64,000 nucleotides of DNA, from assembly GCA_020724905.1 (NCBI GenBank), contig DYGB01000001.1:1866-65865 (forward strand). Reading direction: 5' to 3'. This DNA is from Candidatus Paceibacter sp. (GTDB lineage: Bacteria; Patescibacteriota; Minisyncoccia; UBA6257; JAGOQP01). Both the position numbers and the translations under genes were made by a program. Below the pieces are notes generated by a model that saw nothing but the letters and a program-made list of their open reading frames with translations, was not told where the DNA came from and did not search any database. Shown one piece after another: positions 47,210 to 56,450 of the stretch (positions within the stretch are counted from its first letter, which is position 1; each line of letters opens with the position of its first letter).

Positions 47210-47347
47210 ATGGGAAAGGGACAAGGAAGAAGTAGTAATAGGGGAACCCCTCGTGGTCGCAGACATCCAGGCCAAGGCGGAGGACCAAAGAGAAAACCGA
47301 AGCCAAAGCCAAAACGTAAGAAAATGGGTCCACGAAGAAAAGCTTAA
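47210..47347 (+). CDS. Small basic Gly/Arg/Lys/Pro-rich protein (45 aa), absent from the ORF track
   Basis: AAAGGAGGTGA then ATG; MGKGQGRSSNRGTPRGRRHPGQGGGPKRKPKPKPKRKKMGPRRKA*; terminator follows. Confidence 0.7.
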   Translation: MGKGQGRSSNRGTPRGRRHPGQGGGPKRKPKPKPKRKKMGPRRKA

Positions 47348-47361
47348 CCTCTATGAATGCA

Positions 47362-47390
47362 GAGCCAGAGATATTTCTCCGGCTTTTTTT
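47362..47390 (+). terminator. Intrinsic terminator
   Basis: AGCCAGAGA-TATT-TCTCCGGCT (one mismatch) followed by a T run. Confidence 0.65.
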
Positions 47391-48549
47391 ATTCAAACCT
47401 TTTCACCACCACCCTTCTTAAATGTTGTGGTATATGGATAAGTACCTCATAAGGTATACACCCACATACACGAGCAAGAGAAGACACTGAACAGGGACTC
47501 TCCTCTTTTTCACTAATAATAACCACCTCATCTTCTCTTTTCACTCCCTTAATATCAGTAACATCACAAGATGTAATATTCATACTTACCCTTCCAAGAA
47601 GAGGAGCTTTTTTACCATGAACAAGAAAAGATCCTGTATTTGAAAGTCTTCGATCAACTCCCTCAAAGTATCCAACAGGAACAGTCGCAATCTTCATCTC
47701 TTTGTCTGTAGTAAATGTTCCTCCATACCCTACAGACTCACCAGGACCAAGTGTTCGTATCTCACTTATCCGAGACACCATGCGAAGTGCAGGAACAAGT
47801 GGCTCTACTATCGTACCAGGATTAATTCCATAGAGCCCAATACCAGCACGGGCACAGTTCGCATCAATAAGTTTGTGATGTGCAATCCCCCCAGAATTGG
47901 CGATATGGTAATAGGTGATAGAAGGAATACGTTTCTTACACACGCCAACAATTTGATTCCATACATTAATCTGATGCCTACTCAAAGGGAGAGTAATATC
48001 TTCAGATGCGGCAAAATGTGACATTACTCCCTCAAGAGAAAGCGATGAGGAAGTAATGATATCAAGTGCAGCAGCAAGATCTTTTGGAGCGATACCCTGT
48101 CGATGCATCCCCGTATCAATTTTAAGATGAATAGAGCTAGAACTTTCCTGTATCTCAGATAATTGCTCTAAAGAAGTAATTACAAATGAAACATGCTGTA
48201 ATGAATTATTCTCAATGACACTCCGTGGTGTATACCCCATTACAAGAAGTGGCGTTTTAATACCTTCCATACGAAGTGTCTCTGCTTCAAAGTAAGAATC
48301 AACGCAAAAAAAAGGAGATCCCCCCTCCTTTTCAAATAACAAAGCAACAAGGTTTAACCCATGCCCATATGCATTACTCTTTAATACAGGAGCAATACTC
48401 CATTCAGGAGCAGTCTTGCGCAAAGAAGCAAGATTTCCTAGTAACGCATCTTCACTCACCTGTATCATCACAACCGATTCCCTCTGTGTGAACCGTTTTC
48501 GGATACTTCGAATACGTCGTATAAGAGAACGAATCATACGCACAAGCAT
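47389..48549 (-). CDS. alr: Alanine racemase
   Basis: VLKSNAYGHG; HLKIDTGMHRQG; MSHF; VGYG; GRVSMN; IPYE. Confidence 0.94.
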   Translation of the reverse strand: MLVRMIRSLIRRIRSIRKRFTQRESVVMIQVSEDALLGNLASLRKTAPEWSIAPVLKSNAYGHGLNLVALLFEKEGGSPFFCVDSYFEAETLRMEGIKTPLLVMGYTPRSVIENNSLQHVSFVITSLEQLSEIQESSSSIHLKIDTGMHRQGIAPKDLAAALDIITSSSLSLEGVMSHFAASEDITLPLSRHQINVWNQIVGVCKKRIPSITYYHIANSGGIAHHKLIDANCARAGIGLYGINPGTIVEPLVPALRMVSRISEIRTLGPGESVGYGGTFTTDKEMKIATVPVGYFEGVDRRLSNTGSFLVHGKKAPLLGRVSMNITSCDVTDIKGVKREDEVVIISEKEESPCSVSSLARVCGCIPYEVLIHIPQHLRRVVVKRFE

Positions 48550-48561
48550 AAAAACATACTA

Positions 48562-49044
48562 CTAATCAGCCTTTATCTTTAACTTTTTGCTTTCTTTTTT
48601 GTTGAGCTTTGGAAGTACAATTTTAAGAACACCATTTTTCAATGAGGCTTTTGCCTTGTCAGGGTCTATCTCTTCAGGAAGTACCACGGAACGAGAGAAT
48701 GTTCCCCAAAAACATTCTTGATACAAGAAATCATCTTCCTGTATTTTTTCTTTTCGCTGTCGCTCTCCTCGAATAGAAACAGACTCAGCGTTAATAGAGA
48801 TATCAAGATTGTCACTTTCAACACCTGCAACCGTTGATTCAACCACAATACTGTCCCCATCTTCATAGACATCAATGGTAAGGTGTCCCTCAGCTTCTTC
48901 ATCTGAGTCCTCTTTCACGTTTAACGCAACATCTTCCTTTGCTGAGGCTGATGCTTTCATAAGTTCAGGATCATAGGATTCATCAGATGATGCATCACTC
49001 CCATAGGATCCCGTTAAATGATCAAAAAAATCCTTGTTGGTCAT
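48562..49044 (-). CDS. Hsp20/alpha-crystallin small heat-shock protein
   Basis: DVYE; ECFWGTFSRSVVLP; ASLKNGVLKIVLPK; terminal LKI. Confidence 0.92.
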   Translation of the reverse strand: MTNKDFFDHLTGSYGSDASSDESYDPELMKASASAKEDVALNVKEDSDEEAEGHLTIDVYEDGDSIVVESTVAGVESDNLDISINAESVSIRGERQRKEKIQEDDFLYQECFWGTFSRSVVLPEEIDPDKAKASLKNGVLKIVLPKLNKKESKKLKIKAD

Positions 49045-49081
49045 ATATATTCAGTATAGCGTACTTAAAAAGAAAACAAAA

Positions 49082-49759
49082 CTATTCAGAAAAACCCTTT
49101 AAATCCTCAAAATCATACAATACAAAGAATCCAACGAGTATTAAAAAGACGACAGGATAGATAAGAAAGTTGTTAAACTCAGTAATAAGAATATTAAAGA
49201 GAGTATGTACAAGTGATGCAACAATAATACCCGCTACGACAAATCGCCCCTCAAGACCCAGCTTTATCCCCCGAGCCCAATAGTGTCCAATAATACCAGC
49301 ACTCAATGCATGTAGTAATGTTGCCCCAATAAAGCGAAGTACAATTGTTCCCACAACATCTCCTCCAGACTGAAGGGCGATAAACACATCTTCAACGGTA
49401 GCAAATCCAAGGGCTCCGGTAATCATATAGATCATCGCATCAATAGGCTCATCAAAGTATTTACTCTTCCTCACAACAATATAGACGAGTAAAAACTTTG
49501 AGATCTCTTCAATAAATGCAAAGGAAAGAAAGGGAGCAATATTTTCTTCATATAAACGAGGAAGTTCAAAGACTATCCCTTGGACAATATCATTGAGAAA
49601 GTACTGGGCAAAAAAAGCAACGAATGCAGAAACAGCTCCCATCGCATAGGTGAGTGCAATCATTTTTCGAGGCTCAGGATGAGAATCTTCACGAAGGAAA
49701 AAAGCCAACCAAAGCAGAGAAGGAATAAGTCCTAGTGCCAGTGCGATAACCGTATCCAT
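49082..49759 (-). CDS. PrsW family intramembrane protease
   Basis: HPEP; IEEISK; FDEPIDA; LGFATVE; LLHA; VHTLFN. Confidence 0.88.
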   Translation of the reverse strand: MDTVIALALGLIPSLLWLAFFLREDSHPEPRKMIALTYAMGAVSAFVAFFAQYFLNDIVQGIVFELPRLYEENIAPFLSFAFIEEISKFLLVYIVVRKSKYFDEPIDAMIYMITGALGFATVEDVFIALQSGGDVVGTIVLRFIGATLLHALSAGIIGHYWARGIKLGLEGRFVVAGIIVASLVHTLFNILITEFNNFLIYPVVFLILVGFFVLYDFEDLKGFSE

Positions 49760-49771
49760 ATATATACTATA

Positions 49772-51163
49772 CTATACATCTATGTGTTTTCGAATCAGAT
49801 CAGAAAACACATCTCCTCGATGAAATTCATTTTGGAACTTCTCAAAGCTTGAACCCCCAGGAGAAAAGACAATACGCGTATATCCTTTCTGAACGATGGC
49901 AATAACAATAGCTTCAAGAGACTCGTAAGTAGACTTCCCCTTATACGCCTCATATGAAGAAAGTTCCCCTAAGAGTTTTTCTGTTCCACTCCCCTCAAGG
50001 AAAAATACATCATCTGGAGAAACACGCTCTCCAAGAACAGATGCAAGTCCACTCATATCAAGCCCTTTATCTGTCCCTCCAATAACAAAGGCGGTTCCTG
50101 GTACATAAAATCGCTCTAAGGCAGCAATAACAGCATCAGGGCTAGTTGCAGCACCATCATTAACAACAAGATACTTCTCATTCTCAACAATCTTCTCCTG
50201 ACGCAAAGGAATGCTTGGAAGCGTAGCAATACGCTCAAAGAGACCCTCCCAGGACCCTTTAAAGAGATACGAAGCTAAAAGAGAAGCAAGGAGATTATAT
50301 TTCATATGACGCCCCATATCAGAAGGCACTATCCCCACTCTATACTCACCCTTCTCATCTCGGAATCGAATGGTTTCATCTTCAAGATACAGCCCCTTCT
50401 TTTCTTGAGGAAGTAAGCTAAGAGAGATACACCATTGTTGAGACTGATACGAAAGTGTCTTGAAAAATGAATACCCTGGATCATCTGCATTAAAAATCAC
50501 ATGATCATCTTTACCCTGATACAATGCGATACGAGCCTTAATTGATCCATACACCTCCATTGTCTTATGACGATTAATATGATCAACGAATAGATTTGTA
50601 AGGACAGCAACATGAGGAGCAGGAAGTGTCTCATCCATATATTCAAGTTGAAACGATGAAGTCTCAACAACAAGAGGATCACCTTCTCCTTCCTCGACTC
50701 TCTCTGCAAGCCAGAAAAACCCTCTCTGAGGCATATTTCCCCCATACAAAGAAGACCCTAGTATATGAGCAATCCACTGTGTTGTGGTTGTCTTTCCCCG
50801 AGTTCCCGTAACAGCAATATAGGGAGTGATGCGATCACCATACTCTTTTAAGAAAAAAGATAGGTCATTATATACAGGAGCATACTGCTGAGCACACTTC
50901 ACCCACTGACTATCCTGAGGAACAGCAGGACTACAAATAACAGCATCAGACCCGATAAAGTCCTCTTTCTCGTGTCCTCCACAATGGAATGTTATTCCTT
51001 CTTTTCCTAGGAATTGATCAAGGGAATCTTTTAGTTCTTCCTTACTCTTTTGATCAGTAACATGAACCGCTATCCCCCTCTTTAAGAAATAAGAAATAGC
51101 AGCAAGTGATCCCCCCAGTCGTCCAAGCCCCATGATAGTAACTTTCTGTATCGGTATATGCAT
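49772..51163 (-). CDS. murD: UDP-N-acetylmuramoyl-L-alanine--D-glutamate ligase
   Basis: MGLGRLG; VTGTRGKTTT; ETSSFQL; NL..DHINRH; NDGAAT; GGTDKG; FSPG.SSF..F.N..HRG. Confidence 0.9.
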   Translation of the reverse strand: MHIPIQKVTIMGLGRLGGSLAAISYFLKRGIAVHVTDQKSKEELKDSLDQFLGKEGITFHCGGHEKEDFIGSDAVICSPAVPQDSQWVKCAQQYAPVYNDLSFFLKEYGDRITPYIAVTGTRGKTTTTQWIAHILGSSLYGGNMPQRGFFWLAERVEEGEGDPLVVETSSFQLEYMDETLPAPHVAVLTNLFVDHINRHKTMEVYGSIKARIALYQGKDDHVIFNADDPGYSFFKTLSYQSQQWCISLSLLPQEKKGLYLEDETIRFRDEKGEYRVGIVPSDMGRHMKYNLLASLLASYLFKGSWEGLFERIATLPSIPLRQEKIVENEKYLVVNDGAATSPDAVIAALERFYVPGTAFVIGGTDKGLDMSGLASVLGERVSPDDVFFLEGSGTEKLLGELSSYEAYKGKSTYESLEAIVIAIVQKGYTRIVFSPGGSSFEKFQNEFHRGDVFSDLIRKHIDV

Positions 51164-51184
51164 GCATATACTCTATCAAAAAAG

Positions 51185-51207
51185 AAAACCGGCATAAAGC
51201 CGGTTTT
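51185..51207 (-). terminator. Intrinsic terminator
   Basis: AAAACCGGC-loop-GCCGGTTTT. Confidence 0.8.
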
Positions 51208-51208
51208 A

Positions 51209-51694
51209 TCATTTTTTTGAAAATCGTTCTAGGAAAAGATCATTCCCTCGAGAACGAAATTCTCGGATTCTTTTTAGCACCTTTTTAAAAAAGGCGATGA
51301 GAACGTCATGCTCTTTTTTGACGACCCTGTCAGTTTCACTATATATGTGATAGACAGTGTCAATATTTTGAACATAAAGTTCTGCAAATATATCCTCAAG
51401 AGCATCAAGCTCTCTTCCTATATAATCATAAAAGAAAAAGAAGTCATCATCCCCATAAAACATATGAGAACGAATATGTTCTTCAAATATTGTAATATCA
51501 TACAGATGCTCTGCAAGGGTTTTTTCAAAGTAGTTCCGCGCCCATCCATCTGTCCATACAAGATATAAATCTGACATACTTAACGAAAATGGATCAGATG
51601 TAGTACTTCTCATTTGGACACTTTCTCGGACCAATGTCCCCTGAGGCGTCACTGCAGACACCCCAAGCTCTTTCTTTTTTACAATCCCAGACAT
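51209..51694 (-). CDS. Hypothetical protein (161 aa)
   Basis: AAAGGAGG SD before the ATG; ends at the terminator. Confidence 0.7.
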   Translation of the reverse strand: MSGIVKKKELGVSAVTPQGTLVRESVQMRSTTSDPFSLSMSDLYLVWTDGWARNYFEKTLAEHLYDITIFEEHIRSHMFYGDDDFFFFYDYIGRELDALEDIFAELYVQNIDTVYHIYSETDRVVKKEHDVLIAFFKKVLKRIREFRSRGNDLFLERFSKK

Positions 51695-51706
51695 TTTTCC
51701 TCCTTT

Positions 51707-51937
51707 TTATAACGCAAGAAGATGTTGAGCGAAATAAGAAACATCTTCTAGGAGTTTCTTATCAATTTCCATGTGGTGAGCAATGTGCTCAACCACTTCT
51801 TTGGCAAAACCTTGATCAATGTAGTCAGGGTTTGCGATAACCTCAATAAAACCCTTTATTACTTCCTCATCAGAAAAATTTTCTGGAGGAGGGGTTCCAT
51901 GAACCCGTGTGTAGGCTTCTTTAACTAGAGAATCCAT
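51707..51937 (-). CDS. Hypothetical acidic protein (76 aa)
   Basis: TAAGGAGGT SD before the ATG. Confidence 0.7.
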   Translation of the reverse strand: MDSLVKEAYTRVHGTPPPENFSDEEVIKGFIEVIANPDYIDQGFAKEVVEHIAHHMEIDKKLLEDVSYFAQHLLAL

Positions 51938-52008
51938 AATTGTACCTCCTTATATTATTAATGTGCGTAAATCTATTATACCCTAAAAAGTTTTCCTTGT
52001 CACTACCA

Positions 52009-52943
52009 TGTTATGGTTCAATAGCTTTGCAACACCTGTGTGTGATACAACCATAGATATATGCCATATACGTCAAATCCTCATATACCAGAGGTACGCA
52101 GACAAGCAGTTATGCATGTACGCTCTGGATGGTCGATGCGCATGACCGCTCGTCACTTTGGAGTCCAGCCCAGTACTATTTCTCGATGGGTGAAACGAAT
52201 GCCCTCTCATGGAAGGAGTGTCATTCAAACCCTTTCTTCACGCCCTCTGGGACATCCTCGAGCACTACCTCCTGATGTGGTGCGTGCTATCATCTCATAC
52301 CGAGAGCGGTATCATCGTTGTGCAGACGTGATTCACTGGCATCTGAAAAACGATGGCTATCACCTCTCCCTCTCGTCAGTGAAACGAACCTTGAGAAGAA
52401 ATCATCTCACCTATCCTTCTCTCTGGAAGAAATGGTATCACTCCACTCCTCGCCCCGTCCCTCAATCCCCTGGAAAACTCATTGAAATTGATACCATTAT
52501 GGACGGTCCTGTACACGGGAGAATCTATATCTACACACTTCTGGATGTGTGTTCTCGCTGGGCATATGCAGCTCCTTCACTGCATGCTCGAGCAGGCATC
52601 AGTGTGCAGATGCTCCGTTCTGCACAGACAGCCTCTCCATTTCGATTTGAAACAATTCAATCAGATCATGGAAGTGAGTTCTCACGCTACTTCACCAAGG
52701 GATGTGACACCCTTCATATGATCCATCGTCACAGCAGAGTGAGAACCCCTACCGACAACGCCCATCTGGAACGATTTAACAGAACCATACAACATGAGTG
52801 TCTTTCCCATGTTCCTCGGAGATTATCGATCTATACCAAAGAAATTTATGACTATATCCACTATTACAATTATGAACGTCCTCATATGTCGCTGGGGATG
52901 AAAACGCCTATGGAAGTGTTGCGAAGCTATTGAGTTTTATACA
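52009..52943 (+). mobile_element. Complete IS481-like insertion sequence (935 bp)
   Basis: TGT...ACA ends; 18-bp inverted repeats at 52018-52035 and 52916-52933 (17/18 match); TACCA direct repeats at 52004-52008 and 52944-52948. Confidence 0.88.
52061..52933 (+). CDS. DDE transposase (HTH plus integrase core)
   Basis: ARHFGVQPSTISRW; IEIDT; LDVCSRW; QSDHGSEF; NAHLERFNRT; YNYERPH.SL..KTP. Confidence 0.92.
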   Translation: MPYTSNPHIPEVRRQAVMHVRSGWSMRMTARHFGVQPSTISRWVKRMPSHGRSVIQTLSSRPLGHPRALPPDVVRAIISYRERYHRCADVIHWHLKNDGYHLSLSSVKRTLRRNHLTYPSLWKKWYHSTPRPVPQSPGKLIEIDTIMDGPVHGRIYIYTLLDVCSRWAYAAPSLHARAGISVQMLRSAQTASPFRFETIQSDHGSEFSRYFTKGCDTLHMIHRHSRVRTPTDNAHLERFNRTIQHECLSHVPRRLSIYTKEIYDYIHYYNYERPHMSLGMKTPMEVLRSY

Positions 52944-55117
52944 TACCACTCTTCAGCAATCAATGCAGACTTCTTCTTGTCAGGAAGCCGTTGATAAATA
53001 GCTTCTGTCACAAATGGCATAAACGGATGTAACATCACAAGTGATTCTAATAACAACATAAACAGTACCTTCCGAGCAGATGCCTGTACTAAGAGTTCCT
53101 CTGAAGAAAGATCCTCTTTAAACAGAATGTCTTTCTTTGCCTCAATAAGCTCATCAGCAAGAACATGCCATACATAGTGGTAGGCATCCTCAGCAGCTTG
53201 AGAGAAACGATACTGATCCATCTGTTCTGCTACACGTTGCTTTGTCTTTATACATGTTTCATACAGCACTCTATCTTCATCAGTTACAACGCTCTCCTCA
53301 AGAGCTCCTCCCTTCTCTACATGAGTAATAATAAAACGAGCAATATTCCACAATTTGTTTGAAAAATTTCGGTATCCTTTTATCTTCTCCTCAGAAATCA
53401 CTACATCTTGTCCTGGAGAATTTCCTACAATCAGCGCCATACGTAATGCATCAGCACCATACTGATCAACAATACCCAACGGATCAATAACATTTCCTTT
53501 AGACTTAGACATCTTCTTTTTATCTTTGTCTCTCACTAGTCCATGCAAATATACTGTCTTAAATGGTATCTTTCCTGTGGTATAAATCCCCAGCATCACC
53601 ATACGAGCAACCCAGAAGAAAAGAATATCATAGGCTGTCTCCATAACACTGGTTGGATAGAATGTATCAAAATCTCCTTCCCCTGTTGTCTGAAGTGTCG
53701 CAAAAGGCCACTGCCCTGATGAAAACCATGTATCAAAGACATCAGTTTCTTTTCTAAATGATGTCCCAGAACATTTCTTACATACACTAGGAGCTTTCCC
53801 ATCAATACACACCTCCTCTTTTTCACACGATTCACAGTAATAGACTGGGATAGGAATACCCCAGACAATTTGTCGTGAAATATTCCAATCTCGTATATTC
53901 TCAAGCCAATGGAAAAATATTTTCTTTTGAAAATCAGGAATAATAGTAATATCTCCACGCGTTACCGCATCAATTGCAGGTTGTACGATCTTCTCTTTCC
54001 CCTTATCTGTTAAATCAACAAACCATTGAGAAAGTATCATCGGCTCAATAACCCGACGACACTTGTAACAGACACCAACCTGATGTGTGTAGGATTCTCG
54101 TTTCTCAAGTAGTCCCTTCTCCTCAAGAATCTCAATGGCTTTCTTTCGAGCATCAGAAATATTCATCCCTTCAAGTTCTCCTGCATTGCTATTCATCTTC
54201 CCAAAGAAATCTATCGTCTCGATAGTAGCAAGATGGTGTCGCTTTCCAATCTCAAAATCCAATGCATCATGTGCAGGGGTAATTTTAAGAGCACCTGTAG
54301 CAAATGATTGTTCAACCGCCTCATCAGCAACAACAGGAATACTTTCTCCAGAAAGAGGATTGAGGACCTTTTTGCCAATCCAGTTAGAGTACCGTGGATC
54401 ATCAGGATGCACTGCAACCGCAACATCTCCATAGATGGTCTCCGGACGTGTTGTTGCCACAGAAAGAGACCCTTCTCCATCTTCACAACGGTACGTAACA
54501 TAAAAAAGCTCGTCATCCTTCTCCTCCCATGACACCTCAAGGTCAGAAAGTGCTGTTTGATGTTTTGAACACCAATGCACCGTACGCTTGTCACGATACA
54601 CAAGCCCATCATCATAGAGCTTCTGAAATGTCCTGTATACCACCTCAATGACGTCAGGATCAAGGGTAAAGGTAGAACGGGACCAATCACAAGAGGCACC
54701 TAGTTCTTGCACCTGTCCCTCCATATGCTTCTTGTTCTCCTGGGTAAATGCAAAGATACGCTCATAGAGCTTCTCTCTTCCTCCCTCTTCTTTTAACACT
54801 TCAAATCTACTTGTTCCCTCTTTTTCTAGCTTTTTTTCAAATACCACCTGTGTTTCGAATCCTGCATGATCAGCAGCAGGAAGCCACAGAGCTCGTTTCC
54901 CTCTCATGCGAGCAAAACGCGTCATCATATCCTCTATGGTAATACCAACTGCATGCCCCACATGTAATGATCCATTCGCATTAGGAGGAGGCATGATAAT
55001 ACAGAACGGTTCCTTTGTTTCATCGCTATCAGGAGCAAAAAATCCACCCTCTTCCCAGAGCGTGTAGATGCTTTTTTCTTGTGAATGGTTGTAGGGTTGT
55101 AGGAAATCCTCGTGCAT
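52937..55117 (-). CDS. valS: Valine--tRNA ligase lacking the C-terminal coiled-coil arm
   Basis: PPPNANGSLHVGH; DHAG; ATTRPET; KITPAHD; WNISRQ; DTWFSS; KMSKS; LHPFMPF. Start ATG 55117. Confidence 0.95.
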   Translation of the reverse strand: MHEDFLQPYNHSQEKSIYTLWEEGGFFAPDSDETKEPFCIIMPPPNANGSLHVGHAVGITIEDMMTRFARMRGKRALWLPAADHAGFETQVVFEKKLEKEGTSRFEVLKEEGGREKLYERIFAFTQENKKHMEGQVQELGASCDWSRSTFTLDPDVIEVVYRTFQKLYDDGLVYRDKRTVHWCSKHQTALSDLEVSWEEKDDELFYVTYRCEDGEGSLSVATTRPETIYGDVAVAVHPDDPRYSNWIGKKVLNPLSGESIPVVADEAVEQSFATGALKITPAHDALDFEIGKRHHLATIETIDFFGKMNSNAGELEGMNISDARKKAIEILEEKGLLEKRESYTHQVGVCYKCRRVIEPMILSQWFVDLTDKGKEKIVQPAIDAVTRGDITIIPDFQKKIFFHWLENIRDWNISRQIVWGIPIPVYYCESCEKEEVCIDGKAPSVCKKCSGTSFRKETDVFDTWFSSGQWPFATLQTTGEGDFDTFYPTSVMETAYDILFFWVARMVMLGIYTTGKIPFKTVYLHGLVRDKDKKKMSKSKGNVIDPLGIVDQYGADALRMALIVGNSPGQDVVISEEKIKGYRNFSNKLWNIARFIITHVEKGGALEESVVTDEDRVLYETCIKTKQRVAEQMDQYRFSQAAEDAYHYVWHVLADELIEAKKDILFKEDLSSEELLVQASARKVLFMLLLESLVMLHPFMPFVTEAIYQRLPDKKKSALIAEEWYV

Positions 55118-55173
55118 AACTACCCTGTATTCTATATGAAAAAGAAGTCTTTGCAAAATAAAAAAAGTATGTC

Positions 55174-55734
55174 CTACATACTTTTTTCTTCTTCTCTGGG
55201 AATCTTTTTCCACATATCCTTCCCCCAGAGTTGCCAGAGTATATACACAACTCCAATAGCAATAACGGTTCCTCCAACAATATCCCCAAACCAATGAACT
55301 CCTGAAATGACTCGGGAAAGCGCAGAGAGAAGTGCAAGCGCTCCAGCCCACAGTCCTGTTTTTTTATGTATTAAAAAGATAACCGCAGCGATACCAAACA
55401 TGGTAACAGTATGCCCAGAAGGAAACGCCGCAGTATGAGAAAGGGTGTAAAAAAGAGGTTCAAAGGAAAGCGCAGAAAAAGGACGAATTCGTGCAGTAAA
55501 ATACGAAAGACTCTGAGTAATAAGCCCCCATGAAATAATAAACTGGAACAATAAAAAAAGAACAAAAAATAACCGTTCTTTTATCGATACCCTATATCGT
55601 GCAATAACGATAAGAAACAAGATAATGAGTATGTATATCACCAATCGTGCTAAAAGCACCCACATCCAAGAAAAAGACCCTCCAGAACCAAGGGAAAACA
55701 ACCATTCAGATATAGCACTATCAAATGCGTTCAT
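55174..55734 (-). CDS. PAP2 family phosphatase (undecaprenyl-diphosphatase-like)
   Basis: RIRPF; FPSGH; SRVISGVHWFGD. Confidence 0.9.
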   Translation of the reverse strand: MNAFDSAISEWLFSLGSGGSFSWMWVLLARLVIYILIILFLIVIARYRVSIKERLFFVLFLLFQFIISWGLITQSLSYFTARIRPFSALSFEPLFYTLSHTAAFPSGHTVTMFGIAAVIFLIHKKTGLWAGALALLSALSRVISGVHWFGDIVGGTVIAIGVVYILWQLWGKDMWKKIPREEEKSM

Positions 55735-55737
55735 ATG

Positions 55738-55947
55738 TTATTTCTTCACAAACGAGAGAAACCCCATAAATCGAGCCCTCTTGATTGCTTGAGCTAACAT
55801 GCGTTGATGCTTTGCGCAGGTCCCTGTGTGACGAGGATCAACAATTTTTCCCTGTCCAGAGATAAAGCGACGAAGAAGCATTACGTCTTTATAGTCAACC
55901 TGTTTTACATTTTGTGAACAGAAAAAACACTGCTTCATTTCATTCAT
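55738..55947 (-). CDS. rpsR: 30S ribosomal protein S18
   Basis: CFFC; VDYKD; GKI; TGTCAKHQR; AIKRAR. Confidence 0.96.
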   Translation of the reverse strand: MNEMKQCFFCSQNVKQVDYKDVMLLRRFISGQGKIVDPRHTGTCAKHQRMLAQAIKRARFMGFLSFVKK

Positions 55948-55957
55948 ACGATATAAG

Positions 55958-56413
55958 TTAAAATGGTAAATCTTCTGGTTTTATTTCATCATCAACAGAC
56001 ACTTCAGGGACATTGTCTTCAAGAGAATCATCAAATCCAGAATCTTCTTTCTTTGATGATGCACTTGGTGAAGAGCCTCCTCCACTTGAGCGAGGACCAA
56101 ACTGGATTCGTTCACACACGACTTCAGTAGTTTTTCGTGTCTGATCATCTTTATCCTTCCAGCTTCGTGTCTGTAAACGTCCCTCAATCATAACCAGTGA
56201 TCCTTTTGAGAGGAACTGTGATGCAAGTTCAGCCTGACGACCCCATACGACAATATTATGAAATTCAGTATCTTCTTGCTTGGCACCAGATTTATCAACC
56301 CAGTTTCGATTAGTAGCAATACTAAAATTAGCAACAGACTGACTTGTTGCGGTAGATTTTACCTCAATATCAGCTGTCACACGACCAATAAGAATAACTT
56401 TGTTTAAATTCAT
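55958..56413 (-). CDS. ssb: Single-stranded DNA-binding protein
   Basis: [11 protein letters not shown]; EFHNIVVWG; EGRLQTRSW; EDLPF tail. Confidence 0.96.
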   Translation of the reverse strand: MNLNKVILIGRVTADIEVKSTATSQSVANFSIATNRNWVDKSGAKQEDTEFHNIVVWGRQAELASQFLSKGSLVMIEGRLQTRSWKDKDDQTRKTTEVVCERIQFGPRSSGGGSSPSASSKKEDSGFDDSLEDNVPEVSVDDEIKPEDLPF

Positions 56414-56450
56414 ATATAGGTATGCTACCACAGAATATATGAGAGCACAA

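Noticed and set aside
47208-47441. Track ORFs 47253-47441 (+) and 47208-47396 (-)
   Set aside because: No initiation signal, and they cross the terminator; the SD-led frame 47210-47347 explains the region better.
55118-55351. valS extension overlapping the PAP2 gene (possible fusion or frameshift)
   Set aside because: The PAP2 ORF is complete in its own frame, and ValRS homology starts at ATG 55117.
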